Part shown: piece after piece, positions 61,042-64,000 of the stretch
How the letters are laid out: the number at the start of each line of letters is the position of its first letter
Position numbering within the stretch: the first letter of the stretch is position 1
Assembly (NCBI GenBank): GCA_017654855.1
Contig: CM030335.1
Span: 992,001 to 1,056,000, forward strand
DNA length: 64,000 bases
Origin: Podospora anserina
Taxonomy: Eukaryota
Direction: 5' to 3'
Position numbers and translations under genes: made by a program
Notes under the pieces: generated by a model
Told to the model about the DNA's origin: nothing
Database searches by the model: none
Seen by the model: the letters and a program-made list of their open reading frames with translations, nothing else

Positions 61042-63387
61042 ATGTCGACATTTACAGCCCTCAATGGGGGCTCACCAAGGCCTGCCGAGGCCGTGAACGG
61101 GACGGCCGACGCGGAACGAGGACCCGGCCAATCGGCACCCGCAGATCCCAGGCCTGCCGCCGCTGAGAGCTCCACCACCAGCCAAAGACACGACAGGCTC
61201 CCTTTTCCAGGGCAATCGTCTCTCTCGTCGGCATCCGGACAGGAGGGATCGCACAAGAGGAAGCGCTCAAACTCGGAGTCTCCAACCAGGGAACGCCAGC
61301 CGTCTCCTGCCTCGAGAAGGGAGAGGTCCGAACGGACAGACCAGGCAGAAGCCACCGAGCGGGCCGGCAGATCAGAACGGGGAGATCGTCCTGAGCTGTA
61401 TGGCGCTCAACGGGTCCGTTCGGAAACTCGCGACGGTTATAGCACCCCGCGGAGGGAGAGCTACCGGGGTTACGGCGACGAGAGAAGGGACGAGAGACGG
61501 GAGGATGCCGATCACTGGCATTCACGAGAGGCGAGAGAAGAGCGCAACTCCAGCTACGAGGGCCCTTACTCGGCAGGACCGGTATCGGCCGTCTCTGACG
61601 ACCAACCCGGCGATAGGCACCGGAGAGCCACGAGCCAGGGAGACAGCGCCGACTATGGGGATCAGAGCCCGGACGGGGACGACCGAGGTATGTACTCAGG
61701 CCAGTACACGCCGGAGCAGCGCAGAGATGGGGTCATCCAGTCAGATCCCAAGAAGCGGAAGCGCAATTTCAGCAACCGCACCAAAACAGGCTGTCTGACC
61801 TGCAGGAAGCGCAAAAAGAAATGCGACGAGACCAAACCAGAATGTAAGTATTGTTGTTGTTGTTGTTGTTTTTTATATGGGCCTCGATATGTGGTCGCGT
61901 TGGGCCCGACCTGTTTTGCTGAGGGTTAACAATCCTGCCAGGTAACAACTGTATCCGCGGCGGGTTTGTTTGTGCGGGATATCCCCCGCAGAGGGGAACA
62001 TGGCAGAAGCCCGAGGCCAAACCGGCCCAAGTCACCATTGAATCGAAGGACCCCAACTACGTCCCACCAGGTGCCTACGGGATGCCTCAGCAACCACCAT
62101 ACCCCCGGGAGCCGCTTCCGGGTCCGCCGTCCAAACGCGACTCGATTGCTTATAACCGCGTCCAGCCCACGCTCCGGATCACCCCCCCTCAGGGTCGCCC
62201 ATTACAGTCTGACGACGATAGACTGACCGCATCGACACTTCCGAGCTCCGTGCTGAGCCCTGACAACAAGCTGTCTGCTCTTTCTTCTGCCTACACTTCA
62301 TCAGCCTCAGCCATGTTTCCCACGCCCATCAGCGCCGTCACCAACTCGGCCCTGTCTGACCGGGCACCCAAGGAATACCAGAGGGTGCCGCCCCTGCATG
62401 ACCTCACTAGGACCGACCCCGAGCAGCAGCAGCAGCAACAGCAGCAGCAACAGTCTCAGCAGTCGCAGCCTCCGCCATCTGCATCAGCACCTCCTCCGCC
62501 GCCTCCCCCTCCTCCGCAAAGCACCACTGTTGCTCACCCTCCTTATAGTTTCCACACAGGCAGAACGGCCACCCCGCCCACAGCCCAGGCCGCCCCTCCA
62601 GCCCCGCCGCCATCGTCGTCTGTGGGTGGCAGCAGCGGCGGGCCACAAGCCACCGCTCAGCTGGCCCTATCCCACACGCAATTTCCCTCTGACCGTCCCC
62701 GTCGCGAAAAGGAAGAGATGCTCAACGGCCGACAATACTACCCTTTTGACAAGGAGCTCGTCCTCGAGCGCGAGCGCTGCAACGCGGCCTGCTGGCGCTT
62801 CAACAACTCGACCAACCCCAACATTGGCGTCTCCCCAGCCGAGCGCGCCCGCCTGTTCAGAGACATTCTCCATCCTCGCGAAGGCGTGCACCTCTCGCCC
62901 ACTCTCATGTCCCCCGTCACGCACACGGGTCGGGTGGGCGACAACACGGCTGTCGAGGCGCCCTTCAACTGCGACTATGGGTACAACATTCAGATTGGGA
63001 ACAATGTCTCGATTGGCAGAAACTGTCTGATCAACGACGTCTGCGAGGTCCGGATCGGGAGCAATGTCATTATCAGCCCGAATGTGTGTATTTACACGGG
63101 GACGTGCAGCACCGATCCGCGGAGGCGGGCGGGCAACAGCGGGACGCAGTATGGGAAGCCGGTGGTGATTGAGGATGACGTGTGGATTGCGGCGAATGTG
63201 GTTATTTTGCCTGGGGTGAGGATTGGGAGGGGGAGCACGGTGGGGGCGGGGAGTGTGGTTACTAGGGTGAGTTTTGTTTTCCAACATGAAAGACTGGGAT
63301 ATACTGACAGACGGACAGGACGTGGCGACGTATAGCATTTACATGGGGTTGAAGGCTGGGCATAGGAGGGGGATTGCTTTTGTCTGA
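61042..63387 (+). CDS. Zn(II)2Cys6 transcription factor fused to a C-terminal maltose/galactoside O-acetyltransferase-like (Mac plus left-handed beta-helix) domain; introns 61844-61941 and 63267-63318
   Basis: KRKRNFSNRTKTGCLTCRKRKKKCDETKPECNNCIRGGFVCAGY; C-terminal EKEEMLNGRQYYPFDKELVLER, VEAPFNCDYGYNIQIG and hexapeptide repeats [39 protein letters not shown]. Confidence 0.92.
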
Positions 63388-63664
63388 TTGAGCTGACCAT
63401 CCATCTCTTGTTTTTCTTTTTCTTTCTTTGACGCTCGCATCAACAACATCATTATTCATTGGAACAACAACTAACTGGGTGTTATCCTGTCTTTTTTTTC
63501 TTCTGTTTCTTTAAGCTTGTTGTAATCACCATGTCTTTTCATGATACCCAATATTTGATGTATTTTTTTTTCTGCCAATCATCTTGTAATGTATGCTAGG
63601 AGCCGAAAGTGTATCATGTTTCTTGTTGTTTCATGGGAGGAAAAGGGAGGGGAAGGAAGAGGGG

Positions 63665-63666
<2 letters not shown>

Positions 63667-63699
<33 letters not shown>
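63667..63699. repeat. (GT)n microsatellite
   Basis: Direct reading, about 16 units. Confidence 0.93.
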
Positions 63700-63702
<3 letters not shown>

Positions 63703-64000
63703 ATAGCATCGGCTGGGCTGGTGGCTGTGTACGGGTATGATATGACAGGGGAAGGGGGTATCAGAAAGGGGGAGGGGCAGGGGAGAGGTTGAGGAAATAT
63801 AAGTTTATTGCTTAACGTCTGTGTATTTTGTTTGATGGTCCAATGTCTGTTGAATGCTCAAGTGTTTACCGTATGACATGCATGACTGACTGTATTGTAT
63901 TTTACAGCTGTAATCAACCATAGTATGCAGAGAAGAGGCACGGTTTGAGTCGAGGTCGTAATTTTAGATACCTTGCATGGTCTATCACGGGCTGATAGGG

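Overview
Eukaryotic, intron-rich DNA from a filamentous ascomycete. GTRNGY/CTRAC/YAG introns of about 55-100 nt, a RIP-like AT-rich element and the gene style suggest Sordariales, probably Podospora-like; this assignment is inference. Most of the window is housekeeping genes: fimbrin 3' end, cytosolic TyrRS, sterol O-acyltransferase, Srp1-type SR protein, mitochondrial carrier, RPL18, GH6 cellulase, MRM2, a coiled-coil protein, OST3/6, two intron-containing tRNAs, AFG1-like ATPase, NUP133, CK1-gamma/Yck kinase, p24 and SWC4. It ends with a Zn2Cys6 factor fused to a maltose/galactoside O-acetyltransferase-like domain. Two decayed accessory patches (about 13-20.6 kb and 31.9-35.4 kb) contain pseudogenes; one pseudogene is split by a 342-bp TIR element. 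The most interesting observations are: (1) the Zn2Cys6::acetyltransferase fusion, whose catalytic His is replaced by Cys and which sits behind a 51-codon uORF and 6.9 kb of gene-free DNA; (2) the MITE with RIP-type damage to its host gene; (3) a 3'UTR intron in CK1 that could give a CCAL CaaX isoform; (4) oversized introns in the SR-protein and RPL18 genes; (5) abrupt C-rich to G-rich switches inside many CDSs. No CRISPR array, rRNA or autonomous transposon was seen. All calls were made by eye, without database searches.
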